Origin: an uncultured cyanobacterium
Lineage (GTDB): Bacteria; Cyanobacteriota; Cyanobacteriia; Cyanobacteriales; CAWCAG01
Length of the DNA stretch: 64,000 bases
Direction: 5' to 3'
NCBI GenBank assembly: GCA_963803805.1
Contig: CAWDOD010000011.1
Span: 1 to 64,000 of the forward strand
Part shown: positions 20,399 through 31,952 of the stretch, piece by piece
How the letters are laid out: each line of letters starts with the position of its first letter
Numbering within the stretch: the first letter of the stretch is position 1
Notes under the pieces: generated by a model
Seen by the model: only the letters and a program-made list of their open reading frames with translations
Told to the model about the DNA's origin: nothing
Databases searched by the model: none
Translations under genes and position numbers: made by a program

Positions 20399-22929
20399 AT
20401 GGTTGAGGAAAAGGGAATTGAGGTAAAAAAGTCCGTTTCTGTCTTTCATAAAGAGATTAAAGTTAACCCGAAAAATCTGTTTTTATCCTTAAGTAAAATG
20501 GCTATTAAAGGAACATTTTTGCAATGGGATGATTTAGCCGAAAATGGTGTTGAGGTTCTCAATTCTTTGGGATTGGCAGCGAAACCGGGGGAAATGGCGG
20601 GGTTGTTAATTGTGCGATCGCTTTTACTAGGGATGAAGAATTTACAACATGAAAATCGGGAATTAATTATCAAAAAAACAGCTAATCTCAAAGCTTTATA
20701 TCAAAAACTCAATGATTCTTTAGCAACTAACGAGATAGTTATTAACGAACAGTTTTTCCGTTATCCTCGTAACTTACCGATTCTGACAGAAGCACAAACA
20801 GGTTTTAGAATTTGGTTAGAGGAGTTTGTCGAGAGGAAAGTAGAGGCAGAAAGAATCAGCGATCGCTTACCTACTTATTTTGTTGATGCTTTAAACCAAG
20901 AGTGGTTAAACCATTCCACCGATTATCAATTAATTAAAGAAAGTTTAGATACTCCTTTCACCCAAGCCACGCAAAGACAACACAAATGGTTACGCTACCA
21001 AGCTTGAACCTATCCCACTAAATATAATAAAGTAGAAAAGGAAAAAACCAAAGTAGAGAAAGAAAAGTTCCGGTTTTGTTTGTTCCCCTCCATTTATTTA
21101 AACTTTCTGATGATGTTATTCGGGCGGTGGGAGAGTTTGTTCAGTTTGATGGTTTTTTGTCTGATAATCCTTTAGAAATAGAGAATGAAGAGTTAAGGTT
21201 ATTGCTGATTTTTGATGGCTTAGATGAACTTTCTATGCAGGGGAAAGTTGCCGAAGAAACAGCAAGAAGTTTTGTTGAAGAAGTGCGGTTTTTGGTCAGC
21301 CGTTTTAATTCTCGCCAACTGCGGTTACAAGTAATTATTAGCGGTAGAGAGGTTGTTGTTCAAGCAAACCGTAGTAAGTTTCGTTTACCTCGTCAGTTAC
21401 TTTATTTACTGCCTTATTTTGTCACAGAAAGTAATCGCGAAAAGTATGAAGATGAAGCAGATTTATTAGCAGTAGATCAAAGACAAATTTGGTGGCAAAA
21501 GTATGGCTGTGCCAAGGGAAAAGATTATACAGGTTTACCGGAGGAGTTAAATAAGGAAAATTTAGTTGACGTTACCGCACAACCTTTACTCAACTATTTA
21601 ATTTCTCTGAGTTTGGAACGAGATAAACTTAAGTTTACCCAAGAAACTAACCTTAATGAAATCTACCGCGATCTCTTAGACGGAGTTTATGAAAGAGGTT
21701 ATGAAAAGCATGGTTATCGCCCTACAGAAGGTATTGAAAAATATGAATTTGTGGGTATTTTAGAAGAAATCGCTTTAGCTTGTTGGCATGGTGATGGTAG
21801 AACTACTACAGTTAAAGAGATTGAAAAGCATTGTGATGATAGTGGTTCCAAGCAAATTTTAGATAATTTCCAGGCTAATCTTAAAGAAGATTCTAAAGCA
21901 AGTATTACTCGTCTGTTAACTGCCTTTTATTTCCGTGAAAGTGGTGGTATTAGGGAAAGTGAGAAAACTTTCGAGTTTACCCATAAAAGTTTTGGGGAAT
22001 ATCTCACAGCGACACGTATTGTTGAAGAGTTGAAGTTTATTTGCGAAGGGTTAAAGGAAAGACAAAATAACTTCCGCAAGGGCTTTAATGAAAAGGAAGC
22101 TTTAATTAAGTGGGCTAATCTTTGTGGGGCAACGGCAATAAGTAATTACTTGTTTGGTTTTATTCTTGATGAGATGCGATCGCAGGATATTAAAAATGTT
22201 CGTCATTGGCAGCAAAGTTTGTGCCGTTTGATTGAATTTATGTTGAGGAATGGTATGCCGATGGAAGGGGTTATTCCTAGGCCAGATTATCGGGAAGAAG
22301 TGCGACAGGCGAGGAATGCGGAAGAGGCTTTGTTGGTTGTTTTAAATGCTTGTGCGAGGGTTACGAAAGAAGTTTCTGAGATTGATTGGCCTAATAGTAG
22401 AACTTTCCAAGAGTGGATTTTAAAGCTTTATTCTAGAGAGAGAAATTATTTAGAATATCTAAGCTTCCTCAAATTAAATCACTGTTTGTTAACAACTTAT
22501 AATTTTGCAAAAGCTCATTTAGACAAAACAAATTTATCAAATACTATTTTTTGCGGATCAGATATGCCTTTAGCTGACTTCACAGAAGCGAATATTGTAA
22601 ATGTCACTTTTGCAGGAATTAATTTTAGTTTTTCAGACAAATTAACAATTAAATATTGCAATCTTGCAAGGACTATTTTCAACAAGGTAACTATTCAAAA
22701 ATCAAATCTTTTTCGTATAAATCTTGAACAAGCAAACTTTAGAGAAGCAAATCTTAGACAAGTAAACCTTATAGATAGTAATCTTAAAAATGCTAACTTT
22801 ACAGGTGCAAACTTTGAAGATGTCAATTTCAAGGGTTCTAACCTCGAAGGGGCAATTTTTGACAACACAATTTATGAAGGTGTAGACATCGAAACCTTAA
22901 CCAATCCTGCTAATGACGAAAAAGAGTAA
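20399..22929 (+). pseudogene. NACHT/STAND NTPase-pentapeptide repeat protein, disrupted
   Basis: Two ORFs (20399-21007, 21076-22929); Walker B LLLIFDGLDE, QPLL, FEFTHKSFGEYL and pentapeptide repeats are present; no Walker A. Confidence 0.8.
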
Positions 22930-22942
22930 ATAATAAAATCAC

Positions 22943-23151
22943 GTAGGTTGGGTTAGCGTTAGCGTAACCCAACGTTTACCCTCACCATCAGGTTTCACAT
23001 TAGTATCAACAAAAAGTAAAATTCCTTTGAAAAAAGGAGAATCGCACAAAAAATAAAAACTTGATTGCTTCCTTTGAGTTTTCGTTGGGTTACGGCAACA
23101 CAAAGATTGCCGTGTTTCTTCCCTAGATATCTTACGTCTAACCCAACCTGC
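22943..23151. repeat. Inverted pair of REP-like elements (REPIN/BIME-like)
   Basis: GTAGGTTGGGTTAG...TAACCCAAC at 22943 and inverted CGTTGGGTTA...TAACCCAACCTGC at 23083-23151. Confidence 0.7.
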
Positions 23152-23646
23152 GTTATTACGAGTCTATCTTTAAAGCTTTGGGGAAACTTTTAACGCTAAC
23201 GGAAAGTAAAAATTGCTTTGAAAAGTGCTTTTTAAGAGCGCACCTTTTCCACCATATACAATATATCATATCAAGGAAGAAAAATGCAACACTTTTGTTT
23301 ATAAACTCAACTTTCTATCACGGAAACATCAATAAAATCATCAAACTTCTTTGCCTATGAAGTTGCGATCGCCATTAAAATAACTTACGAAAGATTTTAA
23401 TTTTATCTTTCTCCAGACAAATGACATTAGAAAAATCCTACAAAGACTAAAGATTCCCTCACGATTTGGGGAAAAATTAAATAGCAACATTGAACCAAAA
23501 AGAAATCTGGAAAGTCTTACTAGATAGATGTAGTCCTTTCAGTAAGCTGGAGTTATTTGTCACCTATTACCTATTATTACCTTGCCCCCATAGGTAATCT
23601 AACTACCTGACAGCTTATTCCCAGCAAAACCACAACCCCCATAGCT

Positions 23647-26442
23647 ATGAAAACTATCACAAAACCCCAAGGAAAATTAAAATCATTCCTAAATATATCA
23701 GGGGCTGCGGTTTTCTGGTTTTGGAACCTGGCTTTTCTGTTGGTTATTTATGGAGGGTTGCTGCCTAGTTTAGGTACTGCTTTTTGGCTAGCCGGTTTGC
23801 GAGGGGAAATTCAAAGAGAATTTCTTTTCGTCTTTATCGCTATCTTATTAATACCTTTAGCTGCTGTAGCCATCGCCCGCCTCACTTTTTCACTGGAACC
23901 TAACAAACTAATTCGCTTATTTTATGGTGTAGAAGTTCCCTTACTTCTGCTTTTAATCATACGCTTATTTGCACTACGAGAACTAACCCCTGCTAGCCAT
24001 TTAGTTGTGGGGACATTACTTATTTGTTTGCTGGGATTTTTTATTGATTTAGTTAATGGCTACGGAGAAGAAAATCGCTTTTTAGCTAGCTTGCAATTAG
24101 GGGTTCATACCCTGATGTTATTAGTAGGAGTAGGAGTAGCAACTCTGTTAGGGTTTTATACTGTTCCTATAGGAGCTTTCTTTTGGGAAGGATTTTGGTC
24201 TTTTGAGTGGCTAGAAGCTATAGGGTGGTTATTAACCAATGAATGGCAATCTTTAATAGAATTTATTATTTATGGCCCCCCTATCATACTTCTTTTCATC
24301 CTCAGCGCTACTCTATTCATTTTAATGCCCTTATTTTGGGTAACATTCTACGTCAAATCAGGAACAAGAATAATTCAAAGATTTCGCTCTGACTACGGCA
24401 AAAAAGCTACTATTTCAGGAGTCTTAGGAGTATTAACAGCTTGGTTCATTCTCTTCATTGGTTTTAATCACCAACCCCAAACTCAAGCCTTTCAACTATT
24501 AAACAAACCAGCACAAAGCAATAGTGAAAAAGCCGCTTTAATTAAAAAATCTCCCACCATTCGCCGTGGTTTAATCAACGCCTATTTATCTTCCTATCGC
24601 TATCTTTCTCCGGTGGAAAATAGTAACTCTATTGCTAGTCTTTACCGGGAAGCTTTCAACTTAGATAATTCAACCTCACAAATAGTTCAAGATAGTTTCA
24701 ATACTCTCCTTGCTCCTTTTCTTTATCAAGGTTCCTCACAAGATAGCAGCAAAGCAGAACAACTTTATGAAGACTTTTTTGATCTTCCTATTCAAAAAGC
24801 AGAAAAAAAAGCAATTCTCCATGCTTTAAAATCCACCGTAATTATTGACGAAGCTAAAGCAGGAGTTCTTAATATTGATGAAAAAAGAGTTTGGTTGCGC
24901 TCACAAAATATCAACGTTACTCCCCAAGAAGACTGGGCAGATATAGAACTTTATGAAGTATATGAAAACCAAACCAATGATGTCGAAGAAATCCTCTACT
25001 ATTTCTCCTTACCAGAAAGTGCTGTCATCACCGGAGTTTGGCTAGGAGACAGTGCCGACAAGGATAAACGCTTCACCTTCCAAGTTTCTCCTCGCGGTGC
25101 GGCACAAAAAGTTTATAATTCCCAAGTAAGAAGAGAGCGCCCTGTAGACCCCGCCTTGCTAGAACAAGTCGGCCCCCGTAACTATCGCTTAAGAGCCTTT
25201 CCTGTGCCTCCTCGCCTCCCTTTAGGACAACTACAGGAAAACCCCGAAGCCCCAACGCAAATGCACCTTTGGCTGACCTACAAAGTGATGCAGCAACCAG
25301 AAGGCTGGGCATTACCTAAATTGGCAGAAAGACGCAACATCTTTTGGACAAAAGGGAGCTTGCGATCGCAAAATGGCAAGAAGGTTAAAGGAGATGGTAA
25401 AAATTGGCTTCCTACCTTCTTACCGGCACAAAAGCCACACCAACCCCAACCACATCAAATCAGCTTATCAGAAGGCTATCGCTTAACGGCAACGCCCCTA
25501 AGCAAGCAAGATTACATCTTACCCGAAAAAGAATCCTTAGCTATCATCCTCGATAGTTCCCGCAGCATGGGAGAAAAGGCTCAGGAAGTAGTGAACACTT
25601 TCGCTTGGCTCAAAAAGAATGGTTTCCAAAATGCCGACTTATACCTAACGGCTACAGGGAACTCTACACCTCAACGCCTAGAGAATCTCCAAGGGTTTAA
25701 AGCCGATCAACAAGTCTTTTATGGCAAACTACAACTGAAGGAAATGCTGCAACAGTTTGCTGCATTGCAAAAAAACAGCTCTTATAACAGTATTATCCTC
25801 CTTACCGATGCCAGCAACTATGAACTAGCAGACAATAGTAAAGATGTGCCTGCAATCAAATCACCCTTATGGATTGTACACTTAGGAGACTCCCTAGCCC
25901 CAGCTTACGATGATGCCACCTTAAAAGCTATTCAAGATAGTCAAGGAGGTGTAGCAACTGCCCTACCAGAAGTATTAATAAGGGCTGCTACCCAGTCTAA
26001 ATTAGGTTCTAATATAGTGAATGTAGTTGATAATTATAGTTGGTCTATTGCTCCAGCCCAAGTAGAATTTGTTCAAGGGCAGGACTTTGCCCCCCTTGCC
26101 AGTAGACAACTAATTAAAAACTTAAGCGCCCAAACCGACGGTAATGCAGTAAAAGAATTAGATAAAATTCATAGCATTGCTAAGAAGTATGCCATTGTCA
26201 GCCCCTATTCTTCTATGATTGTTTTAGTTAATGATCAGCAAAGACAAGCCCTAAAAGAAGCAGAAGCCGCAGATGATAGGTTTGATAGGACAGTAGAAGA
26301 TGGTAAAGAAGAGTTAGCCCAACCTAGCAACCCCCTTAACAATAACTCTGATGTACCTGAGCCAGGACTGATTTTAGCAGTCATTATGACCATTCCTTTT
26401 GCCTTAATTTTCCGCCGTTATAAACAAAGATTGGTTAAATAG
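23647..26442 (+). CDS. PEP-CTERM integral membrane protein with VIT-like domain (TIGR02921-like)
   Basis: Multi-TM N-terminus, YYFSLPESAVITG (VIT-like), DPALLEQ, C-terminal VPEP + TM + RRYKQR. Confidence 0.85.
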   Translation: MKTITKPQGKLKSFLNISGAAVFWFWNLAFLLVIYGGLLPSLGTAFWLAGLRGEIQREFLFVFIAILLIPLAAVAIARLTFSLEPNKLIRLFYGVEVPLLLLLIIRLFALRELTPASHLVVGTLLICLLGFFIDLVNGYGEENRFLASLQLGVHTLMLLVGVGVATLLGFYTVPIGAFFWEGFWSFEWLEAIGWLLTNEWQSLIEFIIYGPPIILLFILSATLFILMPLFWVTFYVKSGTRIIQRFRSDYGKKATISGVLGVLTAWFILFIGFNHQPQTQAFQLLNKPAQSNSEKAALIKKSPTIRRGLINAYLSSYRYLSPVENSNSIASLYREAFNLDNSTSQIVQDSFNTLLAPFLYQGSSQDSSKAEQLYEDFFDLPIQKAEKKAILHALKSTVIIDEAKAGVLNIDEKRVWLRSQNINVTPQEDWADIELYEVYENQTNDVEEILYYFSLPESAVITGVWLGDSADKDKRFTFQVSPRGAAQKVYNSQVRRERPVDPALLEQVGPRNYRLRAFPVPPRLPLGQLQENPEAPTQMHLWLTYKVMQQPEGWALPKLAERRNIFWTKGSLRSQNGKKVKGDGKNWLPTFLPAQKPHQPQPHQISLSEGYRLTATPLSKQDYILPEKESLAIILDSSRSMGEKAQEVVNTFAWLKKNGFQNADLYLTATGNSTPQRLENLQGFKADQQVFYGKLQLKEMLQQFAALQKNSSYNSIILLTDASNYELADNSKDVPAIKSPLWIVHLGDSLAPAYDDATLKAIQDSQGGVATALPEVLIRAATQSKLGSNIVNVVDNYSWSIAPAQVEFVQGQDFAPLASRQLIKNLSAQTDGNAVKELDKIHSIAKKYAIVSPYSSMIVLVNDQQRQALKEAEAADDRFDRTVEDGKEELAQPSNPLNNNSDVPEPGLILAVIMTIPFALIFRRYKQRLVK

Positions 26443-26627
26443 CGATCGCGGGCTTCAGCAAACAAACTATCATCATTTCAAGCGGACTTGAGACAATTTA
26501 TGCTTGCCACTTCCCCACAACACCTGGGAACTTGAGCAAGAATTACGCTACGAATATCTTGATGGCGAAATCTTAGTAATAACAGGTGGTATAATTCCCC
26601 AGAATCTTCTCCTGTAACTTTCCCTTT

Positions 26628-28688
26628 TCAACGTTCTATAGGTAACTTAGCCCCATTTACCTCAAAATATTCAATAGTGTTAAGAAGATGTAAAGCAGAG
26701 CGATAGGACTCTTCAATGAGTTCATTTTGTTCTTCTTTGCTATCTACTAAATCATCAGTTACTAACCTCAAAGAACCAAGCATAGAATTGAGGCGACTTC
26801 TCACTTCGTAGGAAAGGCGAGTGCGAAGTTCGTGGGATGCCCTTAAAGAAGTCCTAATTAAAGCTGCGTTAGTGGGTAAAACGATCTTCGGCTTATCAGA
26901 GAATTGCATAGAATGAAGTCGGGCATAATGACCATTCTTTTTATTGACTAACTCTTCATGGCTTCCTACTTCAACAACTCGCCCTTTATCAAGAACAGCA
27001 ATTTGATGGGCTTTGCGGATAGTAGAAAGGCGGTGGGCAATAACTACTGTAGTGCGATCGCGACAAAGTTCATCAATGGCTTGTTGAACTAAACGTTCTG
27101 AAACTGTATCTAAAGCGCTAGTAGCTTCATCTAAAATCAAGATATCCGGATTCCGTAGTAAGGCGCGGGCAATGGCAATTCTTTGTCTTTGTCCCCCGGA
27201 AAGTAGTACCCCGCGATCGCCTATTTCTGTATCTAAACCATGGGGTAAATCCACAATAAATTCATAGGCATTGGCTCTTTTAGATGCTTCTATAATATCT
27301 TCGTCTGTAGCCTGGGGCATAGCATAGGCAATGTTGTTGCGTATAGAGGTGTTGAACAAAAAGGTATCTTGACTAACCACCCCCATTTGCTCCCTAATGC
27401 TAGCAATATCGTATTCTTTAATATCTTTGCCATCAAGGGTAATACGCCCTTCTAGAGGATCATAAAACCTGGGTATTAAATCTGCTAAAGTCGATTTACC
27501 AGCCCCAGAAGCTCCTACCAAGGCTATGGTTTGTCCTTTAGGAACTTGAAGATTAACGTTTTTTAAGACTAATTTTTCTTGCCCAGGATAAGCAAAACTG
27601 AGGTTTTCAATCTCAATACTGTTTTCTAATCTTTGATGAGTAGCACTGCCATTGCCCATAAATGGTTTGGTATCGCGGTTCAAAAAATTAGCCACAATCT
27701 CTGCGCTAGGGGCGCTATTAGCAAAGCGACTGCGAGTACCATTAAGTTGCCCCACAATTGGTAGTAGGCGAAATAACAAAACTAAGTAAGTTAATAAGAT
27801 AGTTGAAAGGGCGCTCATTTGTTCTTCTGAGAAAATCACTCCACCAATTATCACCACACCCAAAACCGAGAGAGTACCAAGCATTTCGTTCATGGGAGAA
27901 ATAATCGCAAAATTAGCTTGAGACTGAAAGTCAGCCTTTTCTCTATCCCTAATTATGGCTTTGATGCGCTCATATTCTTCATCTTCATTACTTACAGTTT
28001 TAATTAAACGAATGCCACCCAATATCTCCCAAAAAGCATTAGAGTAAGCACGGGATTTTTCTGATAACTCTTTACCAAAAGATTTAGCTCTTTTAATAAA
28101 GTATTGATTGCAAAGAGATACTATACCAAGCAAAAACGTTGCTGCTATAGTTAATTGCCAGGATAAAACGATGAGGGTGCCAACATAAACCATAATGGTC
28201 ATAACTAAAGAAGCCATTTGGATTAAAATTCTCACCGCCCCTGCTGTGCGATTAACTTCTCCGCTTAAATGATTGTGAATATCACCAATTCTATGTTTAG
28301 AGAAAAAATCTATATCTACATCTAAAAGCAACCTTAAACCTTCTAAGCGTATACCATTAACTAAAAGGCGAGAGTAGTGACCAGCCACTAAACCATTAGC
28401 ATAGTTGGCGACATTTTTGAGCAGAATTGCTAGCAATACCGCCCCGGTTAAAGCCATAAGCCTTTTGTCTTCAGGAAAGCTATCAAAAAGAGACATGAAT
28501 TTTCCTAAAGCTTGAGGAGCATTATCAAAAATTTCGTCTCCCTGTCCTAAAAACTCTAGTAACAGAGGTACAACCAAAGCTGTACTTACACCATTAAAAA
28601 TAGCTCCAGAGAAGCCTAATAAAATAGTTAAACCAACTAAAAATGGATGTTTAGAGAGGAATCTCAGAAGTAACTGATTAGTAGACAT
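26628..28688 (-). CDS. HepA-like ABC exporter (TMD+NBD) with extra C-terminal HisKA-like segment
   Basis: Walker A GASGAGKS, LSGGQRQR, ILILDEATSALD, IAHRLS; about 90-aa tail with SHELRT. Confidence 0.9.
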   Translation of the reverse strand: MSTNQLLLRFLSKHPFLVGLTILLGFSGAIFNGVSTALVVPLLLEFLGQGDEIFDNAPQALGKFMSLFDSFPEDKRLMALTGAVLLAILLKNVANYANGLVAGHYSRLLVNGIRLEGLRLLLDVDIDFFSKHRIGDIHNHLSGEVNRTAGAVRILIQMASLVMTIMVYVGTLIVLSWQLTIAATFLLGIVSLCNQYFIKRAKSFGKELSEKSRAYSNAFWEILGGIRLIKTVSNEDEEYERIKAIIRDREKADFQSQANFAIISPMNEMLGTLSVLGVVIIGGVIFSEEQMSALSTILLTYLVLLFRLLPIVGQLNGTRSRFANSAPSAEIVANFLNRDTKPFMGNGSATHQRLENSIEIENLSFAYPGQEKLVLKNVNLQVPKGQTIALVGASGAGKSTLADLIPRFYDPLEGRITLDGKDIKEYDIASIREQMGVVSQDTFLFNTSIRNNIAYAMPQATDEDIIEASKRANAYEFIVDLPHGLDTEIGDRGVLLSGGQRQRIAIARALLRNPDILILDEATSALDTVSERLVQQAIDELCRDRTTVVIAHRLSTIRKAHQIAVLDKGRVVEVGSHEELVNKKNGHYARLHSMQFSDKPKIVLPTNAALIRTSLRASHELRTRLSYEVRSRLNSMLGSLRLVTDDLVDSKEEQNELIEESYRSALHLLNTIEYFEVNGAKLPIER

Positions 28689-28734
28689 TCGGTATGTTAG
28701 CTCATCGAATAATATTCAGGCGCTGACTATATTT

Positions 28735-29898
28735 CTACTGAACTCCTTCAATTAGCTGAGAAAGAGCAACAGCCATAGTATCTATGCCGTAGTTATTCAC
28801 ACATCTTCGTCGTGCTTCTTGACCTTTAGCATTGGCAATTTCTAAATTAGCAAAAATAAACTCGATCTTTTCGGCTATTTGTTCTGGAGAATTAGGTTCA
28901 ACTAAATAACCAGTATTCCCTAAAATTTCGGGAATGTCACCCACCGTCGTAGAAATAATGGGCTTAGCCATAGCCATACCATCGGTTAATTTAATGGGGA
29001 ATTGGGCGCAGGCGGTTAAACTTTCTCTTTGAGGAACAACAACAATATGAGCAGCCGCTACTACTTCTGGCATTTTGTCAAGGGGAGTTTGGGGCAATCT
29101 AATTACATAGTGTTCTTTACCGGCAATTAATTTTTCTACATAGCCGTCGCCAATGTCCCTACCCCCTACCAAGACTAATCTAAGGTCAGGCTGATTCAAC
29201 GCTTCTAGGGCTGCTAAAACGTCTTCTAGCCCCTTATGGGGGCGGGCTGTACCAGGGAACATTAATACTCTAAATTCAGAAAGACTATACTTAGCACGGC
29301 ATTCTTGAGGATCATACTTACTAGGATCAAATAATTCTGTATCTTTACCATTAGGTAGATAAGTACCACCGTAGCGATATTGCAGAAACTTATTATTAAC
29401 CGTTACCCGATCTGCTTTGTCAATAAGTTTTTCCATCCAACTTAAATAAAGGGGATGTTGCGGGTTTCTTAAAGCACCGTTTTTTTTCAGTAAATCCCTA
29501 GCAAGTTGGCGAGGGTTAGGGCGATATTGCCAATCATCACCGCCAAACCAACTCATTTCCCAATCGTCAATATCTAAAATTACTGGCTTACTACTGCCTA
29601 AACTTTTGAGTAAAGCCATACCAAAGCTAGTTAAACGGGGTTTGATGGCGTAAATAATCTCCCCATTAATTTCTCTTTGCAGATTTTTAATAGAACCAAT
29701 TAATTGAGGATAGTCACAACCTTGAACCCATTTGACCTTTAAATTTTCTGGCGGGAGAGGATAAAGACTTTCTCCGAACAAAAAGCCAATAACTTCAACA
29801 TCGTAATTTAACTTTTGCAATACTTTGGCGATGAGGTAGGCTCTAGTTCCCCCACCTCCTGACAAATCTGGTGCTAGAAGAGAAACTTTTTGTGGCAC
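28735..29898 (-). CDS. GT4-family glycosyltransferase
   Basis: GGG, RPHKGLE, FPIKLTDGMAMAKPII, GDIPEI. Confidence 0.9.
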   Translation of the reverse strand: MPQKVSLLAPDLSGGGGTRAYLIAKVLQKLNYDVEVIGFLFGESLYPLPPENLKVKWVQGCDYPQLIGSIKNLQREINGEIIYAIKPRLTSFGMALLKSLGSSKPVILDIDDWEMSWFGGDDWQYRPNPRQLARDLLKKNGALRNPQHPLYLSWMEKLIDKADRVTVNNKFLQYRYGGTYLPNGKDTELFDPSKYDPQECRAKYSLSEFRVLMFPGTARPHKGLEDVLAALEALNQPDLRLVLVGGRDIGDGYVEKLIAGKEHYVIRLPQTPLDKMPEVVAAAHIVVVPQRESLTACAQFPIKLTDGMAMAKPIISTTVGDIPEILGNTGYLVEPNSPEQIAEKIEFIFANLEIANAKGQEARRRCVNNYGIDTMAVALSQLIEGVQ

Positions 29899-29938
29899 TT
29901 TCTGAAGTAATTATCCCCTAAAATTTGACATTACTTTA

Positions 29939-30145
29939 CTAGTCTACAAATTGTAAACGACCCATTTGCAGTTCATCAAAAACGCGATTGAGGGAGGAAC
30001 GATCTTCCTGTTCAGAGGAAGAATTAGCAAGAAAGTGAGTCATTAGCTGAAAATGCTCTTGATGAGTCAAACAACCGGTTTCCAAAATACGATTGACAAC
30101 TGACTTTAGGTTCTGATTCGATTCCCCCTGAATAGTTCCTACCAT
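29939..30145 (-). CDS. Small cyanobacterial hypothetical protein
   Basis: 68-aa ORF, co-oriented with the GT, GGGAGG upstream, helical composition. Confidence 0.6.
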   Translation of the reverse strand: MVGTIQGESNQNLKSVVNRILETGCLTHQEHFQLMTHFLANSSSEQEDRSSLNRVFDELQMGRLQFVD

Positions 30146-30232
30146 AAATAAATTGTTCCCTCCCAGTTTTAATAAAGCTCATTATTATGATATACGAGGG
30201 TTGACAATCACTTTTTCAAGTTTGAATAGTTT

Positions 30233-31006
30233 ATGGAAATACACCGCCTCCGGGCTTTCTCTGATAATTATATTTTTCTGCTCTATGATCGCTCAAAAAA
30301 TCTGGCTGCGGTTGTTGATCCTGGGGAAGCGAAGCCGGTGTTAAAACTTTTAAAGCAGCTTGATGCTAGGCTAGTGGCGATTTTCAATACCCATCATCAT
30401 TATGATCATATCGGTGGCAATCTTCAGTTGCAAAAGTGTTTTCCTGAAATTCGTATTTACGGAGGGGCAAAGGATCGCGGCAGAATTCCTGGGCAACAAG
30501 TCTTTTTAGAAGAAGGTGATCGCGTTGAATTTTCTGAACGTGTAGGAGAAGTCTTTTTTGTGCCTGGTCATACCCGCGCCCATATCGTCTATTATTTCCC
30601 ATCTGAAAGGGAAAATGAAACAGGAGAGCTTTTTTGCGGTGATACTATTTTCGCTGGGGGTTGTGGACGTTTAAAAGAAGGCACTCCAGCACAAATGGTT
30701 GATTCTTTGAGCAAATTAAGAAAACTACCAGATGATACGAGGATTTGGTGCGCCCACGAATATACTTTACAAAATCTAAAATTCGCTTTAACCGTAGATC
30801 CAGAAAATCCTCAACTGCAAACTCGTTACCAAGAAGTTAAAAGACTACGCCAAAAATCCCAAGCAACAATTCCTTCTCAACTAGGTATAGAAAAGAAAAC
30901 TAATCCTTTTTTACGCTGGGATACACAAGCTATTCAACAAGCAGTAGGGCTTCAAGATCCAGTCAGGGTATTTTCTCGTTTACGAGGCAAAAAAGATCAG
31001 TTTTAA
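30233..31006 (+). CDS. gloB: Hydroxyacylglutathione hydrolase (glyoxalase II)
   Basis: [40 protein letters not shown]. Confidence 0.95.
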   Translation: MEIHRLRAFSDNYIFLLYDRSKNLAAVVDPGEAKPVLKLLKQLDARLVAIFNTHHHYDHIGGNLQLQKCFPEIRIYGGAKDRGRIPGQQVFLEEGDRVEFSERVGEVFFVPGHTRAHIVYYFPSERENETGELFCGDTIFAGGCGRLKEGTPAQMVDSLSKLRKLPDDTRIWCAHEYTLQNLKFALTVDPENPQLQTRYQEVKRLRQKSQATIPSQLGIEKKTNPFLRWDTQAIQQAVGLQDPVRVFSRLRGKKDQF

Positions 31007-31015
31007 TCACAATAA

Positions 31016-31894
31016 ATGAATAATCCCTATTACCTATTAACTCTTAATCTAGCCCAAGCGGGTTCGGAAACTGCTGAAAAAGCCAAAGAATTAATCGGAG
31101 ATATAACTAGAGGGAAAATCACCCAAGCATTAGCTATTCTTTTAATCGCTTATATCAGTAATTGGTTGCTTGATAAACTGATTAACTGGATATCAGAAAG
31201 AGTTCCTTTGCAACTTCGTCCGGAGGTAAGACAATCTTTACCTTTTTGGCAGTTTTTAGTAGTTATCGCTACAGCCGGGACGGTAAGTAATATCTTTTTA
31301 GACTTGTCTCCTTCCAACATACTTGCCCTGAGTGGTACAGTCGCAGTAGCTTTAGGATTTGCTTTTAAAGATTATATTAGTTCAGTTATTGCTGGTGCGG
31401 TAGTACTTTTTGAAGCGACATATCGAGTAGGCGATCGCATCACAGTTGGGGAACAATATGGTGAAGTAGTAAGCTACGGTTTAAGAAGTTTTCGCTTACA
31501 AACTCTTACTGATGATACTGTTACTATTCCCCATAATAAAATCTGGACTGAGGCGATTATTAATGCTAACGATGGGGATGTAGAAGCCCAAGTAGTGACG
31601 CACTTTTACCTAAGCCATGATGTTAATACCCAGGTAGTTATAGAAATTCTGACGGAAGCTGCTTACACAAGTAAGTATACTCAGCTTCAACTCCCGGTGA
31701 TGGTTTCTCTAGAAGACAAGCTTTGGGGCAGTCATTTCCAGCTTAAGGCTTATCCTATGGATGCCCGTGCTGAAACAGCTTATAAAACGGATTTGAGCAA
31801 ACGTAGTAAACAAGCTTTCGCAGAACGAGGCATTAGTTATCCTCAACAAACTGATGCTATTTTAAGGGAGGCAACCCCCAGGCAAAAGAAATAA
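31016..31894 (+). CDS. MscS-family mechanosensitive channel
   Basis: Three TMs, ALGFAFKD, YRVGDRI, IPHNKIW. Confidence 0.9.
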   Translation: MNNPYYLLTLNLAQAGSETAEKAKELIGDITRGKITQALAILLIAYISNWLLDKLINWISERVPLQLRPEVRQSLPFWQFLVVIATAGTVSNIFLDLSPSNILALSGTVAVALGFAFKDYISSVIAGAVVLFEATYRVGDRITVGEQYGEVVSYGLRSFRLQTLTDDTVTIPHNKIWTEAIINANDGDVEAQVVTHFYLSHDVNTQVVIEILTEAAYTSKYTQLQLPVMVSLEDKLWGSHFQLKAYPMDARAETAYKTDLSKRSKQAFAERGISYPQQTDAILREATPRQKK

Positions 31895-31952
31895 TAGGCT
31901 ATGGGTTATGGGTAGTGACTGTTGCGTCAAGGTTTAGCTTTTCTTTGGTTGC

